DNA of 64,000 nucleotides from an uncultured Thermoleophilia bacterium (GTDB lineage Bacteria > Actinomycetota > Thermoleophilia > UBA2241): positions 64,001 to 128,000 of the forward strand of contig CAVQSP010000013.1 of assembly GCA_963715985.1 (NCBI GenBank). Direction: 5' to 3'. Below the pieces are notes generated by a model. The model was not told the DNA's origin. It saw only the letters and a program-made list of their open reading frames with translations, and searched no databases. The translations under genes were made by a program, and so were the position numbers. Positions 20,292 to 31,339 of the stretch are shown one piece after another; the first letter of the stretch is position 1, and every line of letters begins with the position of its first letter.

Positions 20292-20326
20292 AGACAGGGT
20301 GGAGCTATCACCCTGTCTTTCTTTTT
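20292..20326 (+). terminator. Intrinsic terminator, expression platform of the riboswitch
   Basis: AGACAGGGT...ACCCTGTCT stem followed by TTCTTTTT. Confidence 0.85.
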
Positions 20327-20431
20327 GGCCGGCGCCGGGACCACGTGGTGGCCCTGCGCCGGGGCGTTTCCCCCGCCCGAGCGGCGGGCACGTTCGACAA
20401 GCGACCCGCGGCGGCGCCGACTGGAGGAACC

Positions 20432-20824
20432 ATGGCCGACGAGAGTTATCCCAAGGAGCTCAGCTACTACAAGGAACACGACTGGGTGCGCGTGGACGGT
20501 GAGGACGCCGTGTTCGGCATCACCTGGTTCGCGCAGGACGCCCTCGGCGAGATCGTGTATGCGGAACTGCCGGCAGTCGGCGACACCGTCACCGGCGGTG
20601 GCACCTACGGCGAACTCGAGTCCGTCAAGGCCGTGAGCGAGGTGTATGCGCCGCTCAGCGGCGAGGTGGTCGAGGTCAACGAGGCGCTGCAGGATGAGCC
20701 GCAGCGGGTGAACGAGGACTGCTACGGCGAGGGCTGGCTCATCCGCGTGCGCATGACCGCGCCGGGAGAACTGGGTGAGCTCATGGACGCCGACGAGTAC
20801 AAGGCGTTCCTCGACGAGGCCTGA
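20432..20824 (+). CDS. gcvH: Glycine cleavage system H protein
   Basis: RBS GGAGGA; 'YYKEHDW', 'GITWFAQDALGEIVY', lipoyl motif 'LESVKAVSE', 'YGEGWL'. Confidence 0.97.
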   Translation: MADESYPKELSYYKEHDWVRVDGEDAVFGITWFAQDALGEIVYAELPAVGDTVTGGGTYGELESVKAVSEVYAPLSGEVVEVNEALQDEPQRVNEDCYGEGWLIRVRMTAPGELGELMDADEYKAFLDEA

Positions 20825-20825
20825 G

Positions 20826-22230
20826 GTGTCCGGCGGCACCGTCGATTACGTCCCCCACAGCGAGGCGGACGTTCGGCAGATGATGGACGCTCTGGGGGCG
20901 TCGAGCGGCGATGAGCTCTTCGACCGCGTGCCGGAGAGTGTGCGCCGGCGTGAGCCGCTGGACCTGCCCGCCGGCCTCAGCGAGGTGGAGGTGGCCGCAG
21001 ACCTGCGCCGCCTGGCGGCGGCAGACTGCCCGGCCACCGGGCTCGTGAGCTTCCTGGGGGCCGGCATCTACGACCACTACGTGCCGGCCGTGGTGGACGC
21101 GGTGGTCTCGCGCAGCGAGTTCCTCACCGCGTACACGCCCTACCAGCCGGAGCGCAGCCAGGGCGTGCTGCAGAGCATCTTCGAGTTCCAGACGGCGGTC
21201 TGCGAGCTGACCGGCCTGGACGTGAGCAACGCCTCCATGTACGACGCCGGCACGGCGCTGGCAGAGGCGTCCGTGCTCGCCGGCACCCAGACGCGGCGCG
21301 GCAGCCTGCTGGTCAGCGCCGGCGTGCACCCCGAGTACCGCCAGGTGCTCGCCACCGAGACGGCGGGCTTCGGCCCGCGGCCGCAGGTGATCGGGCTGGT
21401 CGTCAGGTGCCGTGACGGATCTGGACGCCCTGCGGGCGGCCGCCGGCGACGACACGGCCGCCGTGGTCGTGCAGCAGCCCAACTTCTTCGGCGGCCTCGA
21501 AGACGTTGCCGCCGCCGCCGAGATCGCGCACGCGGCCGGCGCCCTGCTCGTCGTGGTCGCCGATCCACTCACGCTGGGCCTGCTGGAGGCCCCGGGGCGC
21601 CTCGGCGCGGACATCGCCATCGGCGAGATGCAGTCCTTCGGCGGCGCCATGGACTTCGGCGGGCCGGGCCTCGGCTACATGGCCGTCACCGCGAAGCTCA
21701 TGCGCCGCATCCCCGGCCGCCTCGTGGGCCAGACTCTGGACGTGGAGGGCCGGCGCGGCTTCGTGCTCACGCTGCAGACGCGCGAGCAGCACATCCGCCG
21801 CGAGAAGGCCACGAGCAACATCTGTTCCAACCACGCGCTCAACGCGCTTGCCGCCCTCGTCCACCTGTCGTGGCTCGGGCGCGAGGGCCTCGCCGAGCTC
21901 GGGCTGCTCTGTGCGCGCAAGGCGCACTACCTGCGGGCGCGGCTGCTCGAGCTGCCCGGCGTGAGCGCGTACACCGAGGGCCCGGTGGTCCGCGAGTTCG
22001 CCGTGCGCCTGCCCGTGCCGGCCGCCGATCTCGTCGACGCGCTGGTGCCGGCCGGCATCCTCGCCGGCGTGCCCGCCGGCCGTATCGCCGGCCGTCTGCC
22101 GGCGACGGGCGGCGACGAGGACCTCGACGACGTCCTCCTCGTCGCCGTCACCGAGCGGCGCACGCGCGCCGAGCTCGACGCCTACGTGGCCGCCGTGTCG
22201 GCCGCCCTCGCAGGGGAGGTGGCGCCGTGA
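20826..22230 (+). CDS. gcvPA: Glycine dehydrogenase subunit A (frameshift ~21400)
   Basis: 'SFLGAGIYDHYVP', 'EFLTAYTPYQPERSQG', 'NASMYD', 'LQTREQHIRREKATSNICSN'. Confidence 0.95.
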
Positions 22231-23730
22231 GCGACGCTCGGCCAGCCGCGGCCGGCCTGGACCGCCGCACCATCTACGAGAAGTCGTGCTGCGGCCGCAC
22301 GGCGTACAGCCTGCCCGCCTGCGACGTGCCCGAGGTGCCTGCTCGACGAGCTCATCCCCGAGCGGCTGCGGCGCACGGAGCCACCCCGCCTGCCGGAGAT
22401 CAGCGAGATCGACCTGCTGCGCCACTTCACGGGCCTCTCCACGCTCAACTTCGGGGTGGAGAGCGGCAGCTACCCGCTGGGCTCGTGCACGATGAAGTAC
22501 AACCCCAAGGCCAATGAGGTGGCCGCCCGGCTCGAAGGCCTCAGCGGCCTGCACCCCTACCAGCCGGAGTCGCTCGTACAGGGCGCGCTCGAGCTGATGT
22601 ACGAGCTCGAGCGCTGGCTCGCCGAGATCGCCGGCCTCACGCGCACCACGCTGCAGCCGGCGGCGGGTGCACACGGCGAGCTCACCGGCCTGCTGGTCAT
22701 GCGCGCCCACCATCAGGCCACGGGCCGCGATCCGAAGCGCATCATCATCCCCGACACGGCCCACGGCACGAACCCCGCCAGCGTCGTGATGGCCGGGTAC
22801 CAGCCGGCGGCTGTGGCCAGCGACGCGCGGGGCGGCGTGGACCTTGCGTCCCTCGAGACGTTGCTGGACGACGACCTCGCGGGGCTCATGCTCACCAACC
22901 CCAACACGCTGGGCGTGTTCGACGAGAACATCGTCGAGATCGCGCGCCTGGTGCACGAGGCCGGCGGCCTGCTCTACTACGACGGTGCCAACAGCAACGC
23001 CGTGCTGGGCGTGAGCCGTCCCGGTGATATGGGCTTCGACATCGTCCACTTCAACACGCACAAGACCTTCAGCACGCCGCACGGCGGCGGCGGCCCCGGA
23101 GCCGGGCCCATCGTCGTCCGCGACACACTCGCTCCGTACCTGCCGGTGCCGCTGGTGGAGAAGACCGATGAGGGTCGCTACTACCTCGACTACGACCTTC
23201 CGCAGAGCATCGGCAAGATGCGCACCTTCTACGGCAACTTCGGCGTGCTGGTGCGCGCCTACACCTACATCCGCGGCCTCGGCCCGGAGGGCCTGCGCCG
23301 CGTCAGCGAGACGGCGGTGCTCAACGCCAACTACGTGATGGAGGGCATCCGCGACCTGTTCGCCGTGCCCTACGAGGGCCGCTGCATGCACGAGTTCGTG
23401 GCCAGCGCCACGCCGCTCAAGGAGAAGTACGGCGTGCGTGCCCTGGACGTGGCCAAGCGCCTGCTCGACTACGGCGTCCACCCGCCCACCACGTACTTCC
23501 CGCTCATCGTCGACGAGGCGCTCATGATCGAGCCCACGGAGACGGAGTCGCGGGAGGACCTGGACCGGCTCATCGAGGCGTTCCGGCAGATCGTCCGGGA
23601 GGCGGAGACCGACCCCGATATGCTGCGGGAGGCGCCGCTCACCATGCCGGTGCGACGTCTGGACGAGGCCGAGGCCGCGCGCCACCCCATCCTGCACCAG
23701 CGCTTCGAGAACGGGGAGGCGTGCCCCTGA
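22227..23730 (+). CDS. gcvPB: Glycine dehydrogenase subunit B (frameshift ~22340)
   Basis: 'YPLGSCTMKYNPK', 'AHGTNPAS', PLP lysine 'HFNTHKTFSTPHGGGGPG', 'MIEPTETES'. Confidence 0.96.
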
Positions 23731-23758
23731 GGGCCGCCGCCTCCTGGAAGCCACTGCC

Positions 23759-24433
23759 GTGAGCATCGTCCAGGTGTTGCCCGAGCTACGGGCCTCCGGC
23801 GCTGCGCAGATGGCGCTCGATACCGGCCTGCTGCAGACGGCGGACAAGGTGATCGCACGCAGGTACACGTGGGCGCCGGCGGCGCTCTCCCTGGGTCGGT
23901 TCCAGAAGTACGAGGCGGTGCCGAAGCTGCCGTTCGACGTCGTACGGCGGCCGTCCGGCGGCCGCGCCGTGCTGCACGGCGAGGCCTTCGAGTGGTCCTT
24001 CGCCGTGGCCTTCCCTGCGGGGGCGCTGGGGTCCGGAGCTCGCGCCGGCGTCGACGTGGAGAGGCCCTACGACATCGTGGCCGGCGCCTTCGCCGGCGCC
24101 TTCGAGGCGCTGGGCGTGCAGCTGGACGGTGGCCGAGCCGAGCCGTACCATCGTTCGGCCCTCTGCTTCGCGACCTCGCTTCGCCACGATCTGCTGGCCC
24201 GCGGCGAGAAGCTGGTCGCCGTCGCCCAGGCACGGGCCGGCGGGCGGGTGCTCGTGCACGGGTCCGTGCTCGAGCGGCGCCCGCCGGAAGAACTGACGCA
24301 GGTCGTGGAGACGCTGCTGGGCGAGCCCTGGCTGGGCGAGGGGCTGGCCGGGGCCGGCTACGTGCTGGCGCCGGAGATGATCTGGAAGCGCGTTCTCGTG
24401 AGACTGGAGGCCGCCCTGCGGGCGGCCTCGTGA
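23759..24433 (+). CDS. Single-domain lipoate-protein ligase / LipM-like octanoyltransferase
   Basis: 'QMALD', 'LSLGRFQ', 'VRRPSGGRAVLH', 'ALCF', 'GEKLVAVAQ', 'VHGSV'. Confidence 0.85.
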   Translation: MSIVQVLPELRASGAAQMALDTGLLQTADKVIARRYTWAPAALSLGRFQKYEAVPKLPFDVVRRPSGGRAVLHGEAFEWSFAVAFPAGALGSGARAGVDVERPYDIVAGAFAGAFEALGVQLDGGRAEPYHRSALCFATSLRHDLLARGEKLVAVAQARAGGRVLVHGSVLERRPPEELTQVVETLLGEPWLGEGLAGAGYVLAPEMIWKRVLVRLEAALRAAS

Positions 24434-24443
24434 GGAGGAGACG

Positions 24444-25850
24444 ATGACGAAGGTCCTGGTCCTGGGCGGTGGCCCCGCCGGGTACGTGGCGGCCGGCCGT
24501 GCCGCGCAGCTGGGTGCCGAGGTCGAGCTGGTCGAGGCGCGCGACATCGGCGGCACCTGCCTGAACCGCGGGTGCGTGCCGACCAAGGCCATGGTGGCCG
24601 GTGCGGAGCGCCTGCACCAGGCGCAGGCAGCGGCCGCGTACGGCGTGCTGGTCGGCACCGTGGGCCTGGACTTCGCCGCCTTCATGGCGCGCAAGGAGGC
24701 GGTCACGACGCAACTGCGCGACGGCGTCGTGCACCTGCTCAAGTCGCGCAAGGTGCAGGTCGTGGCCGGGCAGGCTTCGCTCGCGGGCCCCGGCCGTCTG
24801 GCTCTTGCCCCCGGCGCCGTGCTGCCCGACGGGAGCGTGCTCGAGGAGGGCGGCGAGCTCGAAGGTGACGCCGTCATCCTCTGCAGCGGCTCCGAGCCGG
24901 TGCGCATGCGCCTGTTCGACTGGTCTGACGCGCGCCTCATCACCAGCGACGAACTGCTGGCGATCGACGAAGTACCGGAGAGCCTGGCCATCGTCGGCGG
25001 CGGCGTGATCGGCTGCGAGTTCGCCAGCGTGTTCAACCGCCTCGGCAGTGAGGTGACCGTTGTCGAGATGCTCGATCAGCTGCTGCCCGGGGAGGACAAA
25101 CGGACCGGGCGGACGCTGCAGCAGGCGTTCAAGAAGGCCGGCATCGGCGTGCACGTCAAGGCCGGTGTGGAAGAGGCCGTGGCGGGCGAAGCCGGCGTGA
25201 CGCTGCGTCTCGCCGGCGGCGCCGAGGTCACGGCCGCGCGCGTGCTGGTGGCCGTCGGCCGCAAGCCCGTGAGCGCCGGCCTGGGCTACGCCGAGGCCGG
25301 CGTGCAGATCGACGAGCGCGGCTTCGTGGTCACCGACGGGAGTTGCCGCACCACGTTGCCGGGCGTGTTCGCGGCGGGCGACGTGGCCGGCCCGCCCCTG
25401 CTCGCGCACTGGGCCTACCACCAGGGCGCCATCGCCGCCGAGAACGCGGCCACCGGTTCGAACCTGGTCTGCGACCGCTCGCTCGTGCCCAGCTGCGTGT
25501 TCAGCTCGCCGGAAGTGGCCTCCTGCGGCCTCACCGAGGACAAGGCGGCGGCCGACGGCGTGGCCCACGAGGTCGCGCACGTGCGCTTCAACGGCAACTC
25601 CAAGGCCGTGTGCGACGGCGACGCCGACGGCTACGTGCGCATCGTCTGCGAGCCCGGCGGCGGGCGCGTGCTCGGCGCCAGCCTTGTCGGCCCGCACGTC
25701 ACCGAGCTCGTCCACGAGATCGCCCTGGCGGCGCACGCCGGGCTTGCTCTGGCCGACGTGGCCGCCACGATCCACGCCCATCCGACGCTGTCGGAGGCGG
25801 TCGGGGAGGCTGCACTGGGAGGCCTCGGCCGCGGCGTGCACAGTCTCTGA
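24444..25850 (+). CDS. lpdA: Dihydrolipoamide dehydrogenase (L protein)
   Basis: GGGPAG, 'GGTCLNRGCVPTK', 'GGGVIGCE', 'HAHPTLSE'. Confidence 0.96.
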   Translation: MTKVLVLGGGPAGYVAAGRAAQLGAEVELVEARDIGGTCLNRGCVPTKAMVAGAERLHQAQAAAAYGVLVGTVGLDFAAFMARKEAVTTQLRDGVVHLLKSRKVQVVAGQASLAGPGRLALAPGAVLPDGSVLEEGGELEGDAVILCSGSEPVRMRLFDWSDARLITSDELLAIDEVPESLAIVGGGVIGCEFASVFNRLGSEVTVVEMLDQLLPGEDKRTGRTLQQAFKKAGIGVHVKAGVEEAVAGEAGVTLRLAGGAEVTAARVLVAVGRKPVSAGLGYAEAGVQIDERGFVVTDGSCRTTLPGVFAAGDVAGPPLLAHWAYHQGAIAAENAATGSNLVCDRSLVPSCVFSSPEVASCGLTEDKAAADGVAHEVAHVRFNGNSKAVCDGDADGYVRIVCEPGGGRVLGASLVGPHVTELVHEIALAAHAGLALADVAATIHAHPTLSEAVGEAALGGLGRGVHSL

Positions 25851-25856
25851 GATGCC

Positions 25857-26900
25857 GTGAGCGGAGCGGCGGGCAGCGGGCAGGGCGAGCGCCACGGGGC
25901 GGGCAGCGGGCAGGGCGAGCACCACGGGGCGGCCCGCCCGGGGCGCAAGCCTGCGTGGCTCAAACGGGCGGCGCCGGCACCGCGGCAGTATCGCGCTACC
26001 GGCGCCCTGCTCGACGAGCTCGACCTGCACACCGTGTGCGACGAGGCGCGCTGTCCCAACAAGGGCGAGTGCTTCTCCGCCGGCACGGCGACCTTTCTGA
26101 TCCTCGGCGACGCCTGCACGCGGGCCTGCCGCTTCTGCTCGGTGACACATGCCGCGCCGCAGGCCGCGGGCGGCGGCGCGGGCGGGCCGGCGGCGCCGAC
26201 GGTCGCGCGCTGCGCGCTCGACGAAGATGAGCCCGGCCGCGTGGCCGCCGCCGCGGAGCGCCTCGGCCTGCGCCACGTGGTCATCACCAGCGTGACTCGC
26301 GACGATCTGCCGGACGGCGGCGCCGGCCACTTCGCGGCCGCCGTCGCCGCCGTGCGCGAACGACTTCCGGGAGCCACCGTCGAAGTCCTCATCCCCGACC
26401 TGGGCGGCGACGAAGCGGCACTGCGCGCCGTCCTCGCCGCCCGGCCCGACGTGCTCGGGCACAACCTCGAGACCGTGCCGCGGCTGTACACGGAGGTGCG
26501 ACCGCAGGCCGGCTACGAGCGCTCGCTCGACCTGCTTCGCCGGGCGGCCGATTGGGCGCGCGGTGCCGCGTACGGGGCGGATGGCGCCGCGCCATCGCCG
26601 GTCCGTCCTCTCGTGAAGACCGGCCTCATGGCAGGCCTCGGGGAGAGCGTCGCCGAGGTGGACGCGGTGCTGGCCGGCTGCGCCGCCGCCGGAGTGGACC
26701 TCGTGACCATCGGGCAGTACCTGCAGCCCCGGCGGGACTGCCTGCCGGTGCGGCGCTTCGTGACGCCGGCGGAGTTCGCCGCGTGGGAGCGCCGCGGCGA
26801 GGAGCTCGGGCTGAGGGTGACGGCGGCGCCGTTCGTGCGCTCGTCGTACCGCGCCGGAGAGGCGCTTCACCGCGCTCGTCCGGATGGCGCCTCCGCGTGA
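25857..26900 (+). CDS. lipA: Lipoyl synthase
   Basis: 'RKPAWLK', 'TVCDEARCPNKGEC', 'CTRACRFC', 'HNLETVP', 'TIGQYLQP', 'VRSSY'. Confidence 0.97.
   Translation: MSGAAGSGQGERHGAGSGQGEHHGAARPGRKPAWLKRAAPAPRQYRATGALLDELDLHTVCDEARCPNKGECFSAGTATFLILGDACTRACRFCSVTHAAPQAAGGGAGGPAAPTVARCALDEDEPGRVAAAAERLGLRHVVITSVTRDDLPDGGAGHFAAAVAAVRERLPGATVEVLIPDLGGDEAALRAVLAARPDVLGHNLETVPRLYTEVRPQAGYERSLDLLRRAADWARGAAYGADGAAPSPVRPLVKTGLMAGLGESVAEVDAVLAGCAAAGVDLVTIGQYLQPRRDCLPVRRFVTPAEFAAWERRGEELGLRVTAAPFVRSSYRAGEALHRARPDGASA
25868..25932 (+). repeat. 30-bp tandem duplication in the lipA 5' end
   Basis: GCGGGCAGCGGGCAGGGCGAGC(G/A)CCACGGG x2, encoding AGSGQGE(R/H)HG twice. Confidence 0.85.
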
Positions 26901-27646
26901 CCGCCGGCGGACAGACTCCCGTCGCGCGCCTCTCACTGCCACTGCCCACGCCGGCGCTCGTCCTCTTCGACCTCGACTACACGCTGCTGCGCCCCAGCGA
27001 CCTCTTCGAGGCGCCCGGATACCGCCGCACCGGCGAGCGCTTCGGCCTCGACCTTGACGTGGCGCGCTGGCCGCAGGCGGAGCGGCGCGCCTACGCCGCC
27101 GTCAAGGCACGGAGGGCGCGGACCGGCGACGCCCACGACGACGGCCTCGTCCCCGTCATCGCGCGCGCCGTCATCGAGGGGCTCGGCGGCGGTCAGCCCG
27201 GTGCCGTGGACGCCACGGTAGCGGCGGTGTCGGACGCCTGGACGCGGGCCGAGAACTTCGGTCTGTACGAGGACGTCCTCCCGTGCCTGCGCACCCTGCG
27301 CGCCGCCGGGGTGCGCATGGCACTGGCATCCAACGCCATCGGCCACGGGCTTGAGGAGATGGTCGCGCACTTCGCCCTCGACCAGTTCTTCGCGGCGAGC
27401 GCCTCCAGCGCCAAGGTGGGCGTGGTCAAGCCCTCGTGCGCCGTCTTCGAGCACGTGCTGCGGGAGCTGGACGTGCCCCCGGCGGCGGCTGTGATGGTGG
27501 GAGACAGCGTGGAGGACGACGTGGAGGGGGCGCTCGCATGCGGCCTCTCGGCGATCCTGCTGGATCGCGCCGGGCGCGCCGCGGACTCACTGCTGCCGAG
27601 CATCCGCTCGCTGAGCGAGCTCCCGGCCGCCCTCAGCGTGCGCTGA
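26897..27646 (+). CDS. HAD-superfamily hydrolase
   Basis: 'LFDLDYTL', 'LASN', 'VKP', 'MVGDSVEDDVEGA'; GTGA overlap with lipA. Confidence 0.9.
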   Translation: MTAGGQTPVARLSLPLPTPALVLFDLDYTLLRPSDLFEAPGYRRTGERFGLDLDVARWPQAERRAYAAVKARRARTGDAHDDGLVPVIARAVIEGLGGGQPGAVDATVAAVSDAWTRAENFGLYEDVLPCLRTLRAAGVRMALASNAIGHGLEEMVAHFALDQFFAASASSAKVGVVKPSCAVFEHVLRELDVPPAAAVMVGDSVEDDVEGALACGLSAILLDRAGRAADSLLPSIRSLSELPAALSVR

Positions 27647-27700
27647 TCCTCAGCGTGCGGCGAGCCTGAGGCGCCTCGCACGCCGAGCCCGATCCGTGGC

Positions 27701-29662
27701 TCAGTCCGTGAGGTCGGAGAGCGTGGGGCCGCCCTTGCGGGGCAGGCTCGCCGGCGGCGTCACAGGGAGGTCCACGGCGCCGTCGGCGGTGAAGAGGATC
27801 GCGCCGCCGCCGCCCGCCAGCCACAGGTGCGAGGCGTCTGCGGAGGCGAGTCCGTACACGTCGGTCGCCGTCACGGGCAGCGCGGGCGACCACGTGGCGC
27901 CGCCGTCTGCAGTGCGCAAGCAGCACGCCGGCGCCCCCAGCCGCCCAGCCGTGCAGGCCGTCGACGAACTCGATGGTCTGCAGCGCCGTCGTGGTCGCAG
28001 CCACCTTGGCCCAGCTGGCGCCGCCGTCGACGGTGCGCAGGATCACTCCGGACTGGTAGTCCCCGTCGGGGCCGTAGTCGGCGCCCACTGCGCACCCCTC
28101 GAAGGGGCCCGTGAAGGCCACGTCGCGCAGGGCGCCCCAGATGTCCACACGGTGTGGATCGCCAGCTGCCACCGCCGTCGGACGTGGTGAGCACGACGCC
28201 GCGGCCCTGGCCCCACGCGTCGCCGCCCACGGCCACGCCTCGCGAGGAGTCGAGGACACTCACCGCGTGCAGCTCGGTGTCGGCGTCCACACCGGAGTCC
28301 TGGGAGGACCACGACGAGCCGCCGTCGGGCGTGCGCAGCACCGTGCCGCCGCCGCCGACCGCCCAGCCGGCGCCGTCGTCACCGAGGCTCACGCCGAAGA
28401 GGTCGAAGGATGTGGGGGAGCTCGCCTGGCCCCAGCGGCCACCCCCATCACGCGTGGCCAGTACCACGCCGCCGGCGCCCACGGCGCAGCCGCGTCCATC
28501 GGGGGCGAACGCGACGGCGTCCAGGCGGCTGCCGACCGGCGTCTGCACCTGGCTCCAGGTACGCCCGTCGGGGGCGCTGAGCACGGTGCCCGAGTCGCCG
28601 ACGGCCCAGACCTCCGACGCGCCGCGAGCGACGATGTCGCGCACGCGCAGCTTCGGCCCGCTGGCCACCGACGTCCAGAGGCGGCCGCCGTCGGTGCTGC
28701 GCATGATGTCGCCGTGTGTGCCGACGGCGAGGCAGGAGAGGCCGACGGCGTCCACGCCGAGTACGGTGGTGACGGGCAGTGGCGCGTTCTGCTGCCAGGA
28801 GCGCCCCGCGTCGGTGCTCACGTAGCTGAGGCCGCGGTCGCCGGCGACCACCACGGTGCGCGCGTCCACCTTCGCGAGCCCGTACATGGTCTCGAGCGTG
28901 CCGGTGTCGACGCGCCTCCACGTGGGGCCGGCGTTGGCCGTGCGCCACACGATGCCGCGGGAGGAGGCGACGAGGACGGTCTTCGCGTCGAGCATGAGCA
29001 CGTCGTGGAGCACGCCGAACACCTCGGGTCCGCGCAACGCCCAGGTGCGCCCGCGGTCGCCGCTGTACACCAGCGTGCCGAGATCGCCCACCGCCCAGCC
29101 GCGGCCGCGGCCGTCGAAGGTGACGCCGTACAGGTTGTGGGGCGTGTGGCTCGGGCAGCGGCTCCAGGTGACGCCGCCGTCGGTGGTGCGCAGGATCAAG
29201 CCGTGTTCGCCTACGGCCACGGCCTCCCCCGGCAGCGGCGATTCAACGGCCATCAGCGACGCCGACGTGCCCGCCGTCTGCCGCAGCCAGGTGAGGCCGC
29301 CGTCGATGGTGGTCGAGTACCACGCCGCCGGCGCCGACCGCCCACCCCTGGCCGGTGGAACGCAGGCGTACGCCGAACAGCGTCTGGCCCACGCCGGAGA
29401 TGGCGCGATTCCAGCTGGCGCCTCCGTCTACGGTCGTGAGGATCGTGCCGGCGTCGCCAACTGCCACCGCGCGCCACGCGTCGATCACCTGCACGGAGCC
29501 CAGGGAGTTGCCCTGCGGCAGCGGGTTCTGCCACACCCAGAGCGGCTGCTGGGGCGGAGGGATGCTGACGGACGCGGGCACGGCCGCGGGCAGGGCGACA
29601 ACGGCGAGCAGTGCGGTGGCCAGAGCCAGGACGGCCGTCAGAAGGGTGGATCCGCGCCTCAC
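27701..29662 (-). CDS. Secreted YCF48/BNR Asp-box repeat beta-propeller protein (several frameshifts)
   Basis: Signal peptide, 'WVWQNPLPQGN', more than ten 'AVG..G.I..T.DGG.SW' repeats across ORFs 29243.., 27871.., 27633.. and 27701.. Confidence 0.85.
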
Positions 29663-31218
29663 GGAGTGATCCCCGCCGTCAGGTCGGTGGTGTCGGCGAA
29701 GCGCCACGAATCGCCGCCGTCGGTGGACACGAGCACCATGCGCCGCAGGTACAGCGGCGGCTGCGGCCCGTCGCTGCCCGCCTGACGCCACGCGGCCACT
29801 GCGGCCTTGCGGTCCGAACCCTCGGTGCCGGCCATGCAGCTTGCGGAGATGAAGAGACGGCCGCCGCGGTCCAGGCTCAGCGTCTGCGCGTAGATGCTGT
29901 AGTCGCTGTACGGCGGCACGACGACAGGTCGCGGGGCGGTCCAGCCGAGCAGCGCGTCGCGGCGCTGGTAGGACAGCGCTCCGTACAGGTTCCCGTTGAA
30001 CAGGGTGTCGGTGTTCTTGCGCCACTGGCGGTACACCACGTGCAGGCGGTCCTGCGCGTCACACACGAAGGCCAGATACGTCTGGCGGCCCTCCTCCACA
30101 GACCAGGGCGTGTCCTTGTACCCGGTGGTGGCGACCGGCTCGAGCTGGGACCAGCCTTCGTAGGCGGTGTACGGCACCAGCGTGCGGCGGTACTGGAACG
30201 AGCGTCCGTGCGCGCCGGCCACGACGTGCAGGTAGCCCTGCGAATCGAGCGCGATGCCGGGCTGGGCGTGGCCGTCGTTGCCGAGCCGGGACCAGGCGAG
30301 CAGCACCGGCGTGTCGAGCGTGCCGCTGCCGCGACGGTACGTGACGATGGACACCGGCGAGCCGCGACCGGGCAGCGTGGTCGTCTCGGCGTACACGATC
30401 CAGGTGGTGTCGCCGTGCGTGGCCATGGGGCTCGCGGTGGTGGCGCCGTCGCCGAGGCTCAGGGAGCGGGCGCTGACCATGACCGGTGGCGGGACGATCA
30501 CGGTCTCGCCGGCGAGGTACGGTCGCGTGAACCAGAGCTCGCGCACGAGCTTGCCGGTGTCGGGGCTGATGGTGGCGCCGACACGGCCCAGCAGCAACGG
30601 CGGCGGCCCGTCGAAGTCGTTGTGGCCGGTCCAGGACTCGGGCACCACGTCGCCCTGGGGCAGGTCGACGGCGTGCCACGTGTCGCAGTGGTCCGTGGAC
30701 CAGAGCAGCACGTTGCGGATGCCGTCGCCGCGCAGGCGGATGGAGACCACGGTGTAGGCGCGGTCCTGGGCGTCGAAGATGATGCGCGCCGCGGGCCCGC
30801 CGCCGCCGCCCTGGGTGCCCGAGTAGTCGGGGTAGGCGGCTTTGAGCGCCGCGGTCATGTCCAGGCGCCGCCAGGCTCCGTCGCGCCAGGTGTGCACGTA
30901 GCCGGTGTAGTCGGGATCCGCGGAGCGGCTGCGGATGTACGGGCGACCCGCGGCGTCGAAGGACGGGGCGTTGCGCGTGAAGGAGGGCGAGTAGCCGAAC
31001 TGCGCGTACAGGCCCCTGTCCGGGGCGATGACGATGGGTGTGGCGCTCGGCGTCGGGGCAGGCGTCGGCTCGACCACCGGTAGCCGTGTCACCGTCGCCG
31101 CGGCGGATGTCGCGAGGACCCCGCCGAGCAGCGCGACGGCGAGGGCGAGAAGGAGTGAGCGGGAGGCGAGCCGGCGGGAGCGCGCGGCCCTGCGGCGAGT
31201 GGGGTGCGGCGGCGCCAT
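29659..31218 (-). CDS. Secreted BNR-4-repeat-like protein
   Basis: ATG 31218, long signal peptide; 'NDGHAQPGIALDSQGYLHVVAGAHG', 'QTY...DAQDRLHVVYRQW', 'STDGGDSW'. Confidence 0.8.
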   Translation of the reverse strand: MAPPHPTRRRAARSRRLASRSLLLALAVALLGGVLATSAAATVTRLPVVEPTPAPTPSATPIVIAPDRGLYAQFGYSPSFTRNAPSFDAAGRPYIRSRSADPDYTGYVHTWRDGAWRRLDMTAALKAAYPDYSGTQGGGGGPAARIIFDAQDRAYTVVSIRLRGDGIRNVLLWSTDHCDTWHAVDLPQGDVVPESWTGHNDFDGPPPLLLGRVGATISPDTGKLVRELWFTRPYLAGETVIVPPPVMVSARSLSLGDGATTASPMATHGDTTWIVYAETTTLPGRGSPVSIVTYRRGSGTLDTPVLLAWSRLGNDGHAQPGIALDSQGYLHVVAGAHGRSFQYRRTLVPYTAYEGWSQLEPVATTGYKDTPWSVEEGRQTYLAFVCDAQDRLHVVYRQWRKNTDTLFNGNLYGALSYQRRDALLGWTAPRPVVVPPYSDYSIYAQTLSLDRGGRLFISASCMAGTEGSDRKAAVAAWRQAGSDGPQPPLYLRRMVLVSTDGGDSWRFADTTDLTAGITP

Positions 31219-31339
31219 GTCCCAAGGATACACGTCCCCATGCGCGGCTGCTCCCCGGCATGGTGCGGCGCGGGCAGCGGCGGAGGAGGCCGCCGCTGCC
31301 CGCGCCGCGTGCGTCTTCGGCCTGGTCGCGAGGCCGCGC

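Noticed and set aside
23469-26942. Very long antisense or alternate-frame ORFs (also 42874..45864, 59246..62185, 58411..60897)
   Set aside because: Shadows of real genes caused by stop-codon scarcity at this GC content; Arg/Ala/Pro-rich translations without motifs.
27701-29662. Periodic DNA similarity resembling a repeat array or CRISPR
   Set aside because: Explained by Asp-box protein repeats; no identical direct repeats with spacers and no cas genes.
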